64,000 nucleotides of DNA from contig RDEW01000006.1 in assembly GCA_011109175.1 (NCBI GenBank), positions 1,572,133-1,636,132 of the forward strand, in the 5' to 3' direction. The notes under the pieces are model-generated. The model saw only the letters and a list, made by a program, of their open reading frames with translations. It did no database searches and was not told the origin of the DNA. This DNA is from Dicyema japonicum (taxonomy: Eukaryota > Animalia > Dicyemida). Positions within the stretch are counted from its first letter, which is position 1; the number at the start of each line of letters is the position of its first letter. Shown one piece after another: positions 1 to 13,420 of the stretch. The position numbers and the translations under genes are program-made.

Positions 1-1120
1 CTCCAGTACTGCTGGGAAGTCTGCAGCTTAAAGAGCACGCATGACAATGTTGTTCATAGTATCATGGCGGGGTGCTCTGCCCGCACTCCTTTTGCACAAG
101 AGCGGATGCAGCCATTTGGCATCGATGAGGTCTCCACAACGACATTGGTGTTCGACGAATACATAAACTCCCAAGCGTTGTCTGATCCCAATCCGAATAC
201 AGTCATCGTCCAAAATGGTCCTAAGGAGGAACAAGGGAGTGCATCCAGTTACGCTCCGCTCCCATGGTTGGCGGCGGACACAAAGCATGCAAGACGATGC
301 TGGTTGGCCTCAGAATTTAGCACGTCGAAGATATTCTTGGAGTAAATCTCATCTCAATCACGTTGCCTTGAAGGATCGTTCGGCGTATCCAAATAAGTTT
401 CACGCCATTCGCGAAGAGCTTCGTCGAAGACTTTTTCCCAAGAAAGTTCGGATGGAAAACGTAGGATATCTTGGACCAAAGGCTTCCATTTGAGAGCGAT
501 GACACATATGCTGGAAAGGCGATCTCCAGCGCCTATCTGAGACTCGTACCTCCAAAGCGTGTAGGAAGCTTGCATTGATTCCAACTCGGCACGTCAAAGT
601 GGATGTTTAAAAGCAATTCAGCTGATTTTCTCATTACCCTATTTGTTGATAGAGCGGACAATTTCATCAATGGCCAGAGCGAAGAGAAGTGGACCAAGTG
701 GGTCCCCTTGTTAGACTCCAGTCTCCGAACAGATAATCTTATCCCCGAAAACCAGTGAAGAATTGGTTCCGTAAGCGAGGTAGACAAGTGGAATAAGTTC
801 CGGGGCCCGTTTGCTTGTAGATTCAAAAGTTTAATCCCTCCTCAGTGAATTGAAAACATTTCACATGTCCAGCTTGACCCCAATGTGTGGGTTTTGTTCG
901 TCTTTCTGTAAAAAAACATTTCGCAGCATGCACTGCCGCCTCGCATCCGTTCCTTACACAGACCCCCAGTTGGAGGGGAAATGTTAAATTAACTGGTATA
1001 TTATTTTCATTACTTTTAACAGCTGCCAGTACAATAAAACTGCTGAAAACATTCAGAAATTGTATTTCTGATACGATTATGTGAAATCGGGTATATCTGG
1101 GATTAATGATTTCTGTCAAT
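1..1120 (-). mobile_element. Degenerate, internally deleted CRE-clade non-LTR retrotransposon (RT plus zinc-finger region)
   Basis: Minus-strand pieces QLGVCVRNGCEAAVHAAK, QGDPLGPLLFALAIDEIV, QCKLPTRFGG and HQCRCGDLIDAKWLHPLLCKRSAGRAPRH (CCHC). Frameshifts are present and the YxDD region is missing. Confidence 0.8.
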
Positions 1121-1249
1121 CAAGTTCTTTCTATCAATGAAGTCAAAAAGTAAAAATTTTAAAATTTATTCAATAAAGTCAATTTTTAGGACAAAGTTTG
1201 GGTTTATAGAAAATCTCCCTAATTATCAATAATGTTATTTTGGTCATCA

Positions 1250-1555
1250 AGTTCCTAGGCAAGACTGGCTACTTGATCGAAGATTTCTGTTTGTTTAGTG
1301 TGTTCCCCCTCTCTCCCTTTCTACTAGAGTGACGTCATGTGGCGATCAGTGACAGGGTGGCATTTAAAAGATCAATTGATTTCTCCATTCTACTGGAGGG
1401 GTTTCCACAACTGCAAGGAATCGACATCTTTTTTTATGCTGGTTCTGAATGGACTTGTGTGAAGCTGAATGGACCCTGTGACGGTAGAAACTGGATATAC
1501 TTAATAGGTTGTCAATTGTTAACTTTTTCTCGGTGTATTGGGGGTTAATAATGAA
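1250..1555 (+). repeat. ~300-bp interspersed repeat (probable retroposon 3' end), copy 1
   Basis: Shares TGGAGGGGTTTCCACAACTGCAA and AACTGGATA(C/T)ACTT with 5520-5860 and 58970-59305. All end at GGGTT followed by an AATAA-rich tail. Confidence 0.7.
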
Positions 1556-1599
1556 TGAGACTAACAAGTAAAACCTGAAGAGATTGTCGATGCTATAAT

Positions 1600-1700
1600 C
1601 CTTCATGCGCGGACACGAGGAAGGAACATGGGGCAAAGATAAGGTCGTTGATAGAACGCATCGGAATCACGTTGGTTTTACCGTGGTCTGATAAAATAAT
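1600..1700 (+). mobile_element. 3' tail of Jockey/I-like LINE
   Basis: GAACGCATCGGAATCACG..GGTTTTACCGTGGTCT matches the LINE end at 56850-56900. Confidence 0.55.
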
Positions 1701-1879
1701 TAACAATTTATCACATTTTACTCATTTACTACACATTTTCATCCTCCTCTGTGACTATTGCATTGAATGTCAAATACGCATAAAAAGATGCTTTCCGTGA
1801 AAATTCATATTCCCCAACTCCCTAATACCGCTCATCAACGTCTACTAATAAAGTCTAAAACTTTGTTAGAACACAAAAA

Positions 1880-2356
1880 TTATTTTCTATATTCACGATA
1901 GGAATTAATAGCCAGTAATCCACGTAATATTGTGGCGATAACACAAAATATCTAAAAGTATATATTAATCAAACCAGAGTAGCAATAGTGGAGGATCGAT
2001 TAAAAGGAACAGTGACATTTCCCCCTGCAATAATCACACAAATTAAATATAGAATTGTAAATAAAGCATTTCCAATCAATTCCCCACAAAGTAGGTGTTG
2101 TTTGATATTTTGATTCAAATTAAATAAATAAATGACAATGTGAGTGAGAATGAGTAGTACAGAGGATAAAACAACAAATAGAATAAATCCTCCCCCATTC
2201 CCAATTAGTGCCAAGTTAATGGAGGCACAAATGAGGATCATAATATCAATGGTCTAAGTATTATATATTACTAACAAGTTGAATTATTTGAAGAATAAAG
2301 AGATTTGTCTTTACGTGATTGTCGTCATAATTGAACATAATTTGTGTAGTTAGCAT
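1880..2356 (-). CDS. MARVEL-domain (CMTM/MAL/plasmolipin-like) four-TM protein, 2 micro-introns
   Basis: Removing GT-AG introns 2254-2275 (22 nt) and 1952-1974 (23 nt) gives an open frame: DDNHVKTNLFILQIIQLTIDIMILICAS...ELIGNALFTILYLICVII...IFCVIATILRGLLAINSYREYRK*. Four hydrophobic segments in a MARVEL pattern. Confidence 0.8.
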
Positions 2357-3978
2357 TGGAATAATTATATTGCTATAATTATTATTTTATTAAAAATATT
2401 TAAATAAATACTTTAATAATATAATTTCACAAATTAATTATAGGTCGGAGGAAGTTAGGCAGGACTCCAGGATCACTTATTAGACGATGACTCTCATCTT
2501 ATTGTGGTTTCCGAGCTTTATAAATTAAATTATAGTTGTGTTATGTGGTTCTCCAGCACTTTAATTTCTGATAGTTCCGTGGGGAATCTAGTGAACTTTG
2601 AAAGAGAAGTATACACTCTCTCGGTCGACAATTCTTCTCCAACCAGCCTGCTGTAGCGCCAATAGTTATTTTGATTTTACCTTTGTCCTTGAAATTTCAT
2701 AGGTGTTGTCGTATTGTTTAGAGCATGAAAGTAAGTGATTGCACGTGTAATCTGAAGATTTAAGTGAGCATTTGATTAGGTTATATGACTAATAATTGAT
2801 TTATATTATTTTTCAAAAACCGAATACATTCGTCTATAAACATTCTCATTATAACCGAGGATGGTTTGTGCAATTTGTTAAGTTTCGGTAATAAATAGGG
2901 GTGTTGTTTCTAAACATTTTAATTGATTTTTCTACAGATGAAGAGGATGCTTGAGGTTGTGAATTACATAATCCTGATTGCAAATTTTTTTACTCAGTCA
3001 TCTCAATTATTATTATTAAAAAGCACTTTCAAAGAACCAAAAAACGTTATAATAACTAAGGTCCTGTTTGTGCCTACAGTCATCTCAAAAGATTTTTAAA
3101 TCCATTTTGTTCCATTCTTTTTTCTATGTAATTCTTAATTTCTGCCTTGTCATTTTCAAAGTATAGTCAGAAGATCTATTATTTTGGAATAACTTGGCAT
3201 TACTTAACGTAGTGCAATCTTACAAGTATTGATTTCCCCATATGCTCACTTTATATGTAGAATCATATAATAAATGAGACTGTCATATAGATTATTGTAC
3301 ATCACCATTAGTTTTTTACTATATATTAATTTCACAAGAAATCATCAGAAATAATGTATAATTTGTTATGATTTGAATTTCTCTAATGCATAATTTGTTA
3401 TGATTTGAATTTCGTCTATCACAAATGACAGCAGAAATAGCAAAAGATTCCAGTGGTTTACCAAATAGGTTTTTTTGAAAACGAATGATTGCAATTAGAA
3501 CCACACTTAATTTTGTCTTCGAATATGGGTCTTATCAACAATTATAAATCAAAGATCTGCGATGGTTTCGTTAAACTGATCAGTTGATGTTTTGAGTTGA
3601 ATAAGAGAATGGATAGAGAATTTTTAGAGCAGTTAAATATAAGCAAAGCAGACAAAATAGATTATCATCAATGACTTCATCTTTGAATTAAGAGACTGTT
3701 CTTCTAGTATTTTTAACAGTGAACTCTGGTTTCGGCATAACAAAAGAGAATTTCAACAACCGTTGAAGTAAATAATTGAAGTATTAGTTCTGGTTGACAC
3801 TTAAAAGAAATATTAAAAAAGTATAAAATATTTTTAGCACTTTAAATTACCTAGTAATTAGGAAAACGATTTTGATAAAGTCAAAAATTCATATGTTCTT
3901 TAAAAATGTTTAAAATTTATAAAAATGTAATTTTTAATCAAAAATGTTGAGTTATTTGTCTGTTTTATAAGTTAAATA

Positions 3979-4251
3979 ATGGAAAATCGAAACAAGGTTA
4001 TTTGGATAAGTTAATATTAGGAAATGGAGCAAACGTCGACAATACCTAGTTTTTTCAAAACTATAATATTTTTAGAAAGAAGACATTTTTCATTAAAAGT
4101 TACCAATATACTAATGAAATGGCTTCTTGAAAATTCCGAGGTAAGATTTGGTGGCTCAGTTTAGCACCCATTTCCACATAAAGAGATAAAGTTACAGCTA
4201 ATGGAGGAGACAAAATTGACTCGTCTCCAAATCGATAACTTTTTTCATTAA
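3979..4251 (+). pseudogene. Truncated recent duplicate of the TALE homeobox gene at 13948-14280
   Basis: 3949-4240 differs from 13918-14209 at only a handful of bases. It diverges at helix 3 (IDNFFH* instead of IDNWFKYARKR). Splice sites are intact. Confidence 0.8.
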
Positions 4252-4309
4252 TAAATTGCTCAAAAAATATTTTCTGTTTCGATAAGGAAAAACAATCAAT
4301 ATAATGCAG

Positions 4310-4530
4310 AAATGATACGTAAATACGAATCCCTAGGAGACCAATACCATTTCAACCTCATTGCTGTGGAGACAACTGGAACCGTGGGAGCGAAGACGGA
4401 CGCCTTTTTCTCTAGCATTGGAAGCAAACTCGCCTCAAAACGTGTGACTCACGGGAGGGACTCTGGTTGAGGCAGAGGCTCGAAATAGGGATTATCAGAG
4501 GTAACGCCTTCTCCATTCTGTCGTCCTAAT
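4310..4530 (+). mobile_element. CRE-clade 3' end (REL endonuclease C-terminus)
   Basis: KYESLGDQYHFNLIAVETTGTVG...WLRQRLEIGIIRGNAFSILSS*. Confidence 0.75.
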
Positions 4531-4799
4531 TATTCATAATTAGAAAAAATAAATTCTCTCATGCAGAAATAAAAATGAATGGCAATATTTTGACAGTGTC
4601 ACACAATGTCGAGTGACTTGATATAAATGAAGAAGATTAATAACACCCAGAAGATAAATCAACGATAAAAGTCACATAAATGAATTTCTAAAAGAATTTG
4701 AAGTAGTTTCTCTTCCAATATCGAACGGATATTCGCATTCTGAATCCACACTAATAGATTTATAAATTTAAAGAAAGAGTTTAAGTGATGTTGTGTGCA

Positions 4800-5000
4800 A
4801 ATATGTCAGAAAAGCATAAGTATTGGTTTCATGGCGAATAAATTGACCCGAGTACTGATTCCAAAACAAAGAACATTGAAAGGTTCTACTCTCATAAAAA
4901 ATTATTGCAGAACGTGGGGTAATGCTAAATGGTAGACAAAGGAGAAATGTGAACCACACAATTCCATCTAACAGCTATTTCGTCGATTTCATGAGGAGAC
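4800..5000 (+). mobile_element. Possible Merlin/IS1595-like transposase remnant
   Basis: IDPSTDSKTKNIERFYS resembles the FVDPxTGxHTNxIE motif. Heavily decayed. Confidence 0.3.
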
Positions 5001-5519
5001 AGATACATTAAAACAAATTCGACGCAATGTTAATGGGAATACGGAATTTTTGATCCTCAATAAATAATTATTACCAAATTTTTCTTCAATAATTACAATA
5101 AAATTTCGAAACTGATAAAAATAAATTAAAAATATATTTTCCATAAACATACAATTTTTAAACATTTTTAAAACAGATCGTGATAAGAAGCGAAAAATCT
5201 AATAGTGAAGAATAATCCATATTTATAGGTTATCAAAATACATATTGTACATTTTGATCACAGCCTTCGACACTATTTGATAAATCCAATAATATATATA
5301 ACATTGAAGAATAAATATGACAATACGGGAGAAAAAAAGAAAAAAAATGAAGAACAAAAAAACCAACCACAGCTACGTGGTAACCATGCGTCAAATAGCA
5401 TTTTAATGCATTAAAAGGTTTGCCATATAAAAACGGAACAATTTTTAAAAATAAATGGATATTAAATTATTTTAGATAAGTCAAAATTTGTCGAGAATTA
5501 ATAAATTTAATTATAATGG

Positions 5520-5860
5520 ATGCCTCCCTCGCCGCGTAGCCCATGTGGTGCTACCTGGATAATTATTTGAAGATTTCTGATTGTTTTGTTTGTTCCTCCA
5601 CTTTCCGTTCCTATTAGAGTGGCGTCATGTGATCCACCTGTCTAGGTGGCGCCCAGAGCCAGGCTGGCATGAAAAAATCATCATTTGTTCTCCCCCACTC
5701 AACTGGAGGGGTTTCCACAACTGCAAATAATGGACGTCTTTTTCCTTTTATGCTGATTCCAGATGGACTCTGTTTCTGTAGAAGTGGAAACTGGATACAC
5801 TTGATTAGTGTTTACTTTGATCTTCTTTCTCAGTGCATCGGGGGTTCATAAATTAAATAA
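5520..5860 (+). repeat. ~330-bp interspersed repeat, copy 2
   Basis: Aligns with 58970-59305 (CCATGTGGTGCTAC...GGTGGCGCCCAG...CCCCCACTCAACTGGAGG) and with 1250-1555. Confidence 0.7.
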
Positions 5861-6149
5861 TGGATGTAGCTTGCCTCTCATGATAGCAACGTTACGAAGA
5901 AGCAATTCAAAAGTTGATATTTCACTTTTTTAAGCAAAACTATTTATTATAACACAAAAACTAACAATTAGCAACTGCTGGCTGCTTTCATAATTGAAAA
6001 CGCATTTCCACTTACGATTTTCAAGGAAATGCGCTCAATGAGCCAGCTCCTTTCTCTCCTATCGTTTTTCTTCGTCGCGATGAGCGAGTCGAGCCTGTTT
6101 AGCAGGGTCAGTGACCTGCTTCCAATTATTCCTGTCGTTTCGATATTTC

Positions 6150-6830
6150 ATTAAATGCGGTTACTATGTGTATGACAAATTAAACAACAATAGAGCTGCT
6201 GCCATGACAACATAAATGCAGAACTTCTCGCACCGACCGAGATCTCTGAGCTATTAACTGAGATATACAACAAAACATTCAAATACAACTCACCCCTGGC
6301 TGTGGGTAATGGCACACTATTGCACTACAAAAACCGGGCAAAGCTAAGGCCTCTTAACGAATTGAAGACCCATCGTACTATTGACGACCCTATGCAAGAC
6401 ACTATCACTTATACTGCTAAATATGATTGGAACTGACATTGAGAACTTTCTCTCTCACGGACAAAGCAGATTCAGGTAAGCGAGATCTACAGCTGATGTG
6501 GTCTAGGGACATCGATGGCTTTGTGCAAAACATCAAAAGACAAGCGGGCTGCTGACATCTTTGCATGAACATGTCCAAAGCTTTTGACTCTATACACAGA
6601 GGGAGACTTTTCGATATCTTGGAGAATTTGGTTGACGAAGACAGTGTCAAAATGATCCGTCTATTACTTGGAACAACATGGTTAAGTGTATTTCTCGGTT
6701 ATGTGGAGTCTGTCCCATTCGAGACAACGTTCGGGGTACCGCAGGGAGATTCCTTGTCACCGGTACTTTTTGTGACATATCTGGAGGCGGCACTCAGAGA
6801 CTTCAGACTATTAATTGGCGATCTACCTCA
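6150..6830 (+). mobile_element. RTE/RTEX-like LINE reverse transcriptase fragment
   Basis: MSKAFDSIHRGRL and GVPQGDSLSPVLFVTYLEAAL. Upstream frameshifted RT domains. Confidence 0.8.
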
Positions 6831-6989
6831 AAAATCTATCACGTGCTGTTACAGCGTGTTGTTGTGGTGTTTATACATTCTCTGAAACTTGTCCTAATAT
6901 AAGAGCTGTTGATGATGTAAGACCTGGCAACCTATCCTGTATTTAAATGCCAAGAAAATCTTATGAGCAAACTCTCCTACGATCTAATT

Positions 6990-9560
6990 GGAAGCAACGT
7001 TACTGCAAAACATCAAATCTCGAGTCTTCGTCACACAGAATCTCACAATTTCGCAACATGGAACGTAAGAGGCTTAAACGAAGGGAAACTAGAAGTCGTA
7101 AAAAGAGAAATGAGAAGGCTTGATTGACCTGCTTGGAGTAAGCAAACTTCACTGGATCGACAGTGGTTTTTTTCGTTCTGATGATTTCGTAATATATTAT
7201 TCTGGAAACATTAATGCGGATAGAAACGGAGTGGCCTTCATTGCTTCAAAGAAAATTGCACGTGCTATTGAAAGTCATAGAATATTTAATGATCGGATAA
7301 TACTAATCCACGTCCGTGGACGACCATTGAATATTACAGTCATGCAAGTGTATGCCCAACATCTATTGCCAAGGATGACGAAATTGACCAATTTCAAGAG
7401 GCACTAAAACTAATACCCAAAATGGACATAATATACATAATGAGGGATTTCAATTCAAAAGCTGAGTTTATGCCACATACGGATATTGTGGGAAGTTTTG
7501 GATTAGGGAAAAGAAATGATGCTGGGGATCGACTGGTCCAATTCTGTCAGGAAAATGGATTTCAGATAACTAGCACATGGTTAAACAGCACAAACGACGA
7601 TTATACACTTGGACGTCGCCACATGGAATGTCTGGGAAACAGATTGATTATAATTTGTACTCCAATCCTTGGAAAAGCTCAATAACAGCCGTCAAATCAT
7701 ATCCAGTGGCAGACTGTGGGACAGACCATCAGCTACTTGTTGCAAAAATTAGGATGAACTTCATTAACACTTGGAATACCCCCGAGTAAAGAAATTCGAT
7801 GTCTCAAACATACCACCAGCATACGCAATGTAAATTAAGCACAATATTGGATTTCTGGATTAGAACGGAATGATACTTGATAAATTATGGAATGATGTAC
7901 AGTTGGTTATTAGGAAGGCTGCAATAAAGCATGTCAAATACAAAAGGCCAAGTGCTCTGAGTGGCTCTCTGTCTACACCCTAAACATTGCTGAGGCTCGT
8001 AAAGCTGCAAAACTCTCTGGGAATATAGACGAAACAAGAAAACTTAATTCTGAATTCAAAATGGCTGTCAGGAAGGATAATGCAGACTACAGGAAGTTAT
8101 GGTGCAAAAAACTAGAAGATGACTATATGAGAGGTCACACTAGGAATGCGTATTTACAATTAAAAAGATTAAGTACTTCCTTTATAATAATGATGGGCAA
8201 AATCAAGGACAAGGATGGTGTGAATTGCTAGCCAACAGAACATCCGAAATCGTTGAGAGAAATATATTCAGAAACTGTGTGCCCATCCATATGTGTTGAT
8301 GAAGCAACGTTGGGTGAGGGGCATAAAATCCTTTAGGAGGAATGCATGTGGGCTACACGGCAATTAACGGGGAACAAGGCACCGGGGATTGACAACATCT
8401 CAAGCGAATTGTTGAAGGCTATACTGGTGACAGCTATCACCAGTCTATGTAAAAATTTGGGAAACTGGTATTTGGCCACGTAAGTGGAAAAGATCTATAT
8501 TTCTCCATTACCGAAAAAAGGGGATAAAAAGGACTGTTAAAACTATAGTACATTAGCCTTAATTCCCCACGTCAGCAAAATACTTCTAAAGATAATACAA
8601 CATCGTCTAATGCCGAAATGATTCTACCGGATGTCCAAGCAAGATTCAAGAAGAAACGAGGCACATGTGACCATATAACGAATGTCCGGTGGATTATGAA
8701 AAAAGTTCATGAATCCCAAAAAAGTGTATACACGTGCTTTATTGACTATCGGAAAGCTTTTGATTCCATTATACATGACAAACTGTGGTCCGCTTTAAAA
8801 GAATTTGGATTCGATGCCCATCTGATATTGCTTATCAAATCTCTTTATAAGGATCAAGAAGCTACTGTTAGAACAATGTACGGAGATATCGATTGGTTCA
8901 AAATCTGTAAAGGAGTAAGACAAGGATGCATATTATCTCCTATTCAAAATTTATGCCGAAATGATCATGACTAAATTGGATACTGTATCAAATAACGGGA
9001 TTAAAATTGGAGGCAGGAACATCAATAATTTGCGCTATGCTGAAGATGCAATCTTACTGGCTAAAACAGAGGATGGCCTCAGGGAGTTGATTCTAAGATT
9101 CAGAGAAAAGAGCGCCGTCATTGGTTTATTGCTAAATATCAAGAAGACCAAAATTATGACTACTGCTAATAATGGAATAATGGAACTAAAAATTGGGAAT
9201 GAGAAAATAGAGAGTTGCGATAATGTTGTCTTTCTGGGATGTCTAATTAATCGGAATGGTGACGGAAGCTTGGAAATCAAGAGGCGAATTGCCATAGGAC
9301 TAGATACCTTCCAGAGAATGAATAGAATTTGGAAAAGCAAAGATATTTGCTTAAGGACCAAATGCACACTGGTTAATGTAATCGTGTTCCCAGTTTTTCT
9401 ATAGGCGCAGAATCATGGATACTGAAAAAGGCGGATAGACGAAAAATTGATGCTTTTGAGCTGTGGTGCTGGTGGAGGTTACAAGAATCCCTTGGACTTC
9501 CAAAATAACAAACATTGATGTACTCAAACAGATAGAGACGGACATTTCGCTAGAAGGATC
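6990..9560 (+). mobile_element. Near full-length decayed RTE-BovB-type LINE (APE plus RT)
   Basis: FATWNVRGL, SDCGTDHQLLV-like APE motifs, FIDYRKAFDSI, GVRQGCILSP, NNLRYAEDAILLA, DAFELWCW. Many stops and frameshifts. Confidence 0.9.
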
Positions 9561-9900
9561 AACTGGCCAAAAAAATTACAAACAAGAATCTATACAAGAT
9601 ATGTAATGCAAGACCATTGAGTCTGAATTTCCTTGAATCAAGATGGCGTCTATTTGTCACATCCTTCGGATGAGCCAGATGACGCCTGCTAAAATAGCAA
9701 TGGAAACTATTTCTGCCAGAAGTGAATACCTCGTTCCGTGGAAGACATCGCATAACTTTGCCAGAGGTTCTACACAAGGACCTGACCAATGTAAGACGAA
9801 AGCTGAAAACAGGAGATGATTTGGATACGCTCAGAATAATTGCAGTAACCGTGGAGCATGGAGGAAGTTAGTTAAGAGAATTGTGGGAGAAGAATAACCT
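9560..9900 (+). mobile_element. 3' end of the RTE/RTEX-like family
   Basis: GRHRITLPEVLHKDLTNVRRKLKTGDDLDTLR...NRGAWRKLV, homologous to 14741-14938. Confidence 0.7.
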
Positions 9901-10539
9901 GAAGAAAAATACGGCACAAGCAAAACCTTAATTAAATAAATTACTTTTTGGTTCTTCGAAAATGCTATTAATAATAATTACTTTGTGTCCATACTTTTTT
10001 CAATCGATTTGTGCGGATTTTTGTATCAGCAAAGACTGAACATTGGTTGGTTATTAAACACGTTTCGATAGCTGACGGAAAGGTTCATGACGAAAATTAC
10101 AGCTTAGATAATTTAAATAAGTTCCTTAAATTCTGTTAAAATCACTCAAGACGACTATATAAGATCATAAACACCAAACAAAATAATCAGACTCTTAGTG
10201 AAAGACATCATGGCTATGTCTTTGTAACCAAAAGCATTGGCTTTACATTCTCTGCTCATCATCCAGTTTAGTCCTTCTCCGATTACTTGATCTTATGATC
10301 GATCGCGGGTGAAAAAAGAAGAGGACAAAGTCTGTCACCAAATAATTTAGTTTCGCCGAATAGAGACGTCCAATGCCTGGCCGGCATTCAAAATGATCTA
10401 ACTATTCTTTCAATCGGTAGACAACTTTGTTACCTATAGACAAAATCTGTAATCGCTGGAATCCGTCAGGATCAAGGAGGTAGATTGGTTTTACCCTTGG
10501 TCTTAGGAATAATTTTATTTATTTTATAATAAAATGGCT

Positions 10540-10870
10540 GATATTGTGTGCCCGCAGAAAGCACAGTTATTTAAATACATTTCATTAACCAGAGATACTT
10601 GCTTGATGGATTGATGAAATGGCGGATGATTGGAAACCTTAGTTAAATGCTGCATTTTCTAAATTTGAACACTTTTCTATTGCTATTGAAGAGACCGTTT
10701 ACATTACTGTAATGAAAAACTTTCAGTTTTTACCAGGGCCTGTGAGAGTTAATTTAATATTTATAACTGATTGAACTGATTCCAATGCTTGACACTACAT
10801 CGAGCGAAAACATCTTTGAAAAGTTGAACAGATTCTGAATGACTATGATTTTGATTTGAGTTTACTGCAT
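10540..10870 (+). mobile_element. hAT (Buster/SPIN, GTF2IRD2-like) transposase remnant
   Basis: CPQKAQLFKYISLTRDT...FSIAIEET resembles CPEKxxxFxxISLSRNT...FSIAxDES. Confidence 0.55.
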
Positions 10871-11389
10871 GATAATCTTCACAATAAGATGGTAGTAAAT
10901 ATGATTCTATGCTAATAATGATGATTGATGAAAATGCCTGATCAAATACTCAAATAAGATGGCTTAGTGGATAGTGTACCTTATTGGTTATCATGTCATA
11001 CACGAACCATGTTTACATGGGTACCGTAGATGCACTGAGTTTACTATTTTATTAAAAATTCTTGGCATATTTGGAGTTAATAACCTATGTTAGGGAAAGA
11101 CACAATTAGAACCTGACATTTTTAAATTGGACTGTACCCCAGCTTCACTAACATGTAAAAAACACGCCAGGGTATTGGTCAAGTAATTATTACAGCTATT
11201 GTAACCTCCATGAAAATTATGTTTGAATTTCTGTACTTTAATAACTTTAAATTTAAAAAGAACCCTTAATTAAAAAAATAATGTAAAATTACTATCATTG
11301 AGTCGATTATATTTGCTGATGAGTTAATAATGTGGTTAATTTGTAGGAAGGTTGAGTGTTAACGCACCTATTTTGCACATAGCTTCATA

Positions 11390-11919
11390 ATGAATAAAAA
11401 CCTTGTCTTCATTCGTCATGATAATATGAGCGAGGTTAAAACTCGGGAGACATCTGAAACCTACATTCTGAACAAAAAGACTGTAGTATGCATGTATGAT
11501 CAGGGTTCGAGTCTCGTACAGATATGGGATTTAGAAGATCCACAGATATTTGTAATTTTGCACTTTCTATAGTGGGCCCAGTCGACACCTTCAGTTCATG
11601 GGTAACAAACACTCTAGCGGTGCTTTTCGCTCCGGGATTTACTGTCAGTAATCGTGGAATATGATAGCTCCCAATATCGTAAGGAAAATCAAGATCTCCT
11701 CTCACTTAATGAGGATAGAGGAAACCAATTAAACTTCCAACATGTCCCCATCATGTGTTGAGTTCAAATGTCCATTAAAATTTTAGCGAAACCGCATCCG
11801 AGTTAACGCCGCGTGAGATTCTGCGGTGCAAAAAACACCCTTTGTGGTTAGACACGAGATTGATACAAGAGGACATTGGGATGTACCATAAGTGGAAGAG
11901 TGAAAATTGGAAATTCTAA
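11390..11919 (+). CDS. Putative multi-exon gene of unknown function
   Basis: Candidate GT-AG introns of 21, 21, 24 and 32 nt keep an open frame of about 140 aa (..SLVQIWDLEDPQIF..LTPREILRCKKHPLWLDTRL..). No family recognised. Confidence 0.25.
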
Positions 11920-12884
11920 ATTCCCATGATTTTTGTCTAGAATCAAAATAAATTAAACGGTTTCTTCACAAAGTAGGGCCCCAAACCGATGCCAACTGTA
12001 ATTAAAATCGATTTAAATTCCTTAAATGTTTAAATTTTAACTGCATTATATTTTAATCCAATTTACTGTATTAATTCACAACTTTTAATTTTCACTAAAT
12101 TTAGATAACTTTAGTATTCTACACTCAGAACCGTATAGAATCGGATGCTCGTAGTTACACTAGGACACTTTGGGATTCCAATGGAGATACATAGACTATG
12201 AATTGGCTCCTTTATATTATCATAGGAACAAAATGTGAAATATACTAAGTTCTCACATGAGACAATCATCCAGTTATACAGAGCTTGAATTCCAATCACT
12301 CATGAGAATCGCGAACTCCTGCCATAGTAGCGCTATTCTGATGGTAGGAAAATGATTAGGTAATCATTATGTCGCCCATCTAACCACACGTGACCCTCGT
12401 CTCTTTAAAGTATCTAATGGTGGCTCTATAAAAATTCATTTCATTCGTTTTGAAATATCGTTCAAACTATAACATTGAATGATATAGCTTTATTGTGTAA
12501 GACTTGGTCCAATCAAGTCACCTCACTAACTCAACCAAAAGTTTTTATATTTAAAAGCATTAAAATTAAAAAAACTGACCTTAAAATATTTACTAATTCA
12601 ACCTCAATAAAAACCATAAATAGTGCATTCATAAATAAAGTATGGTGACTCCTAGCAAATTTCTAAAATAGCGTTTATAGTGAATTTGTGTCTTTTTACT
12701 CAATTATGGTTGACACCGTGGTTAATTGCTCACTACGTAAGCATTTCTTTAATAACTAAAATGCCCCCTCGACTTTAGAATGATAGTAACGATTTTATTT
12801 AAGCGTAAGCTTTGCAACAATCAGTCAAAGGAATAATACATTTAATTTATTTAACCCAAGACCACCAAAAAAGATAGGTGAAAA

Positions 12885-13420
12885 CTAACTAATTAGGTGA
12901 TCCCAGCCTCCAACAACATCCGAACTCTCTTCGTCTTGTCTACCCAACCACATTCCGGAAGCGCCTTCTCTTCCTTCTGCAAAGGAATTCAATCGGCGTG
13001 CACATTTTTATTACCGACCGTAATTCCTCTGCATGGGCCACCTTTTCTTTGAGTGGGTTTCCTAGTTCCTTGCAGAAACATAAAAACCCTGGCCATTCTT
13101 CAACGTCGCCTCATCAGAAACGAAGTCGCCAATGGGGATGTCCGTGTGGTGCATAATTTTTCGTCTGAGGGATTTCAAACGATCCACTTTTGAAGAGGGA
13201 ATCGCATATCTCCAAGAGGAGCAGGCATATTCAATGGTAGGAACGATGACTCGTTGGTAGACCTTGTTTACGCAAAAGGGGGAAAGGGCTCTTCTTTATG
13301 ATCGCTTTTAAAATGTTCTATTTCCGAAGACCCTTGGAAGCACCTCCTCCACGTGACTCGAGAACATCATCAGAGAGTCGAAAACTACCCCAAGGATCTT
13401 CTGGGTCCGCAAATTAATGA
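12885..13420 (-). mobile_element. Jockey/I-like LINE 3' fragment
   Basis: QKILGVVFDS, IVPTIEYACSSW, ending LLEAGIT*. Confidence 0.65.

Noticed and set aside
3100-3800. Possible spliced gene around ORF 3319-3504
   Set aside because: No splice model gave a sustained open frame or a recognisable motif.
10270-10500. Possible 28S rRNA fragment (GGTTTTACCCT)
   Set aside because: Only a short word matches, and the translation (RWNPSGSRR) fits a decayed RTE 3' region better.
11495-11520. B-box-like GGTTCGAGTC suggesting a tRNA gene
   Set aside because: No A box or cloverleaf upstream.
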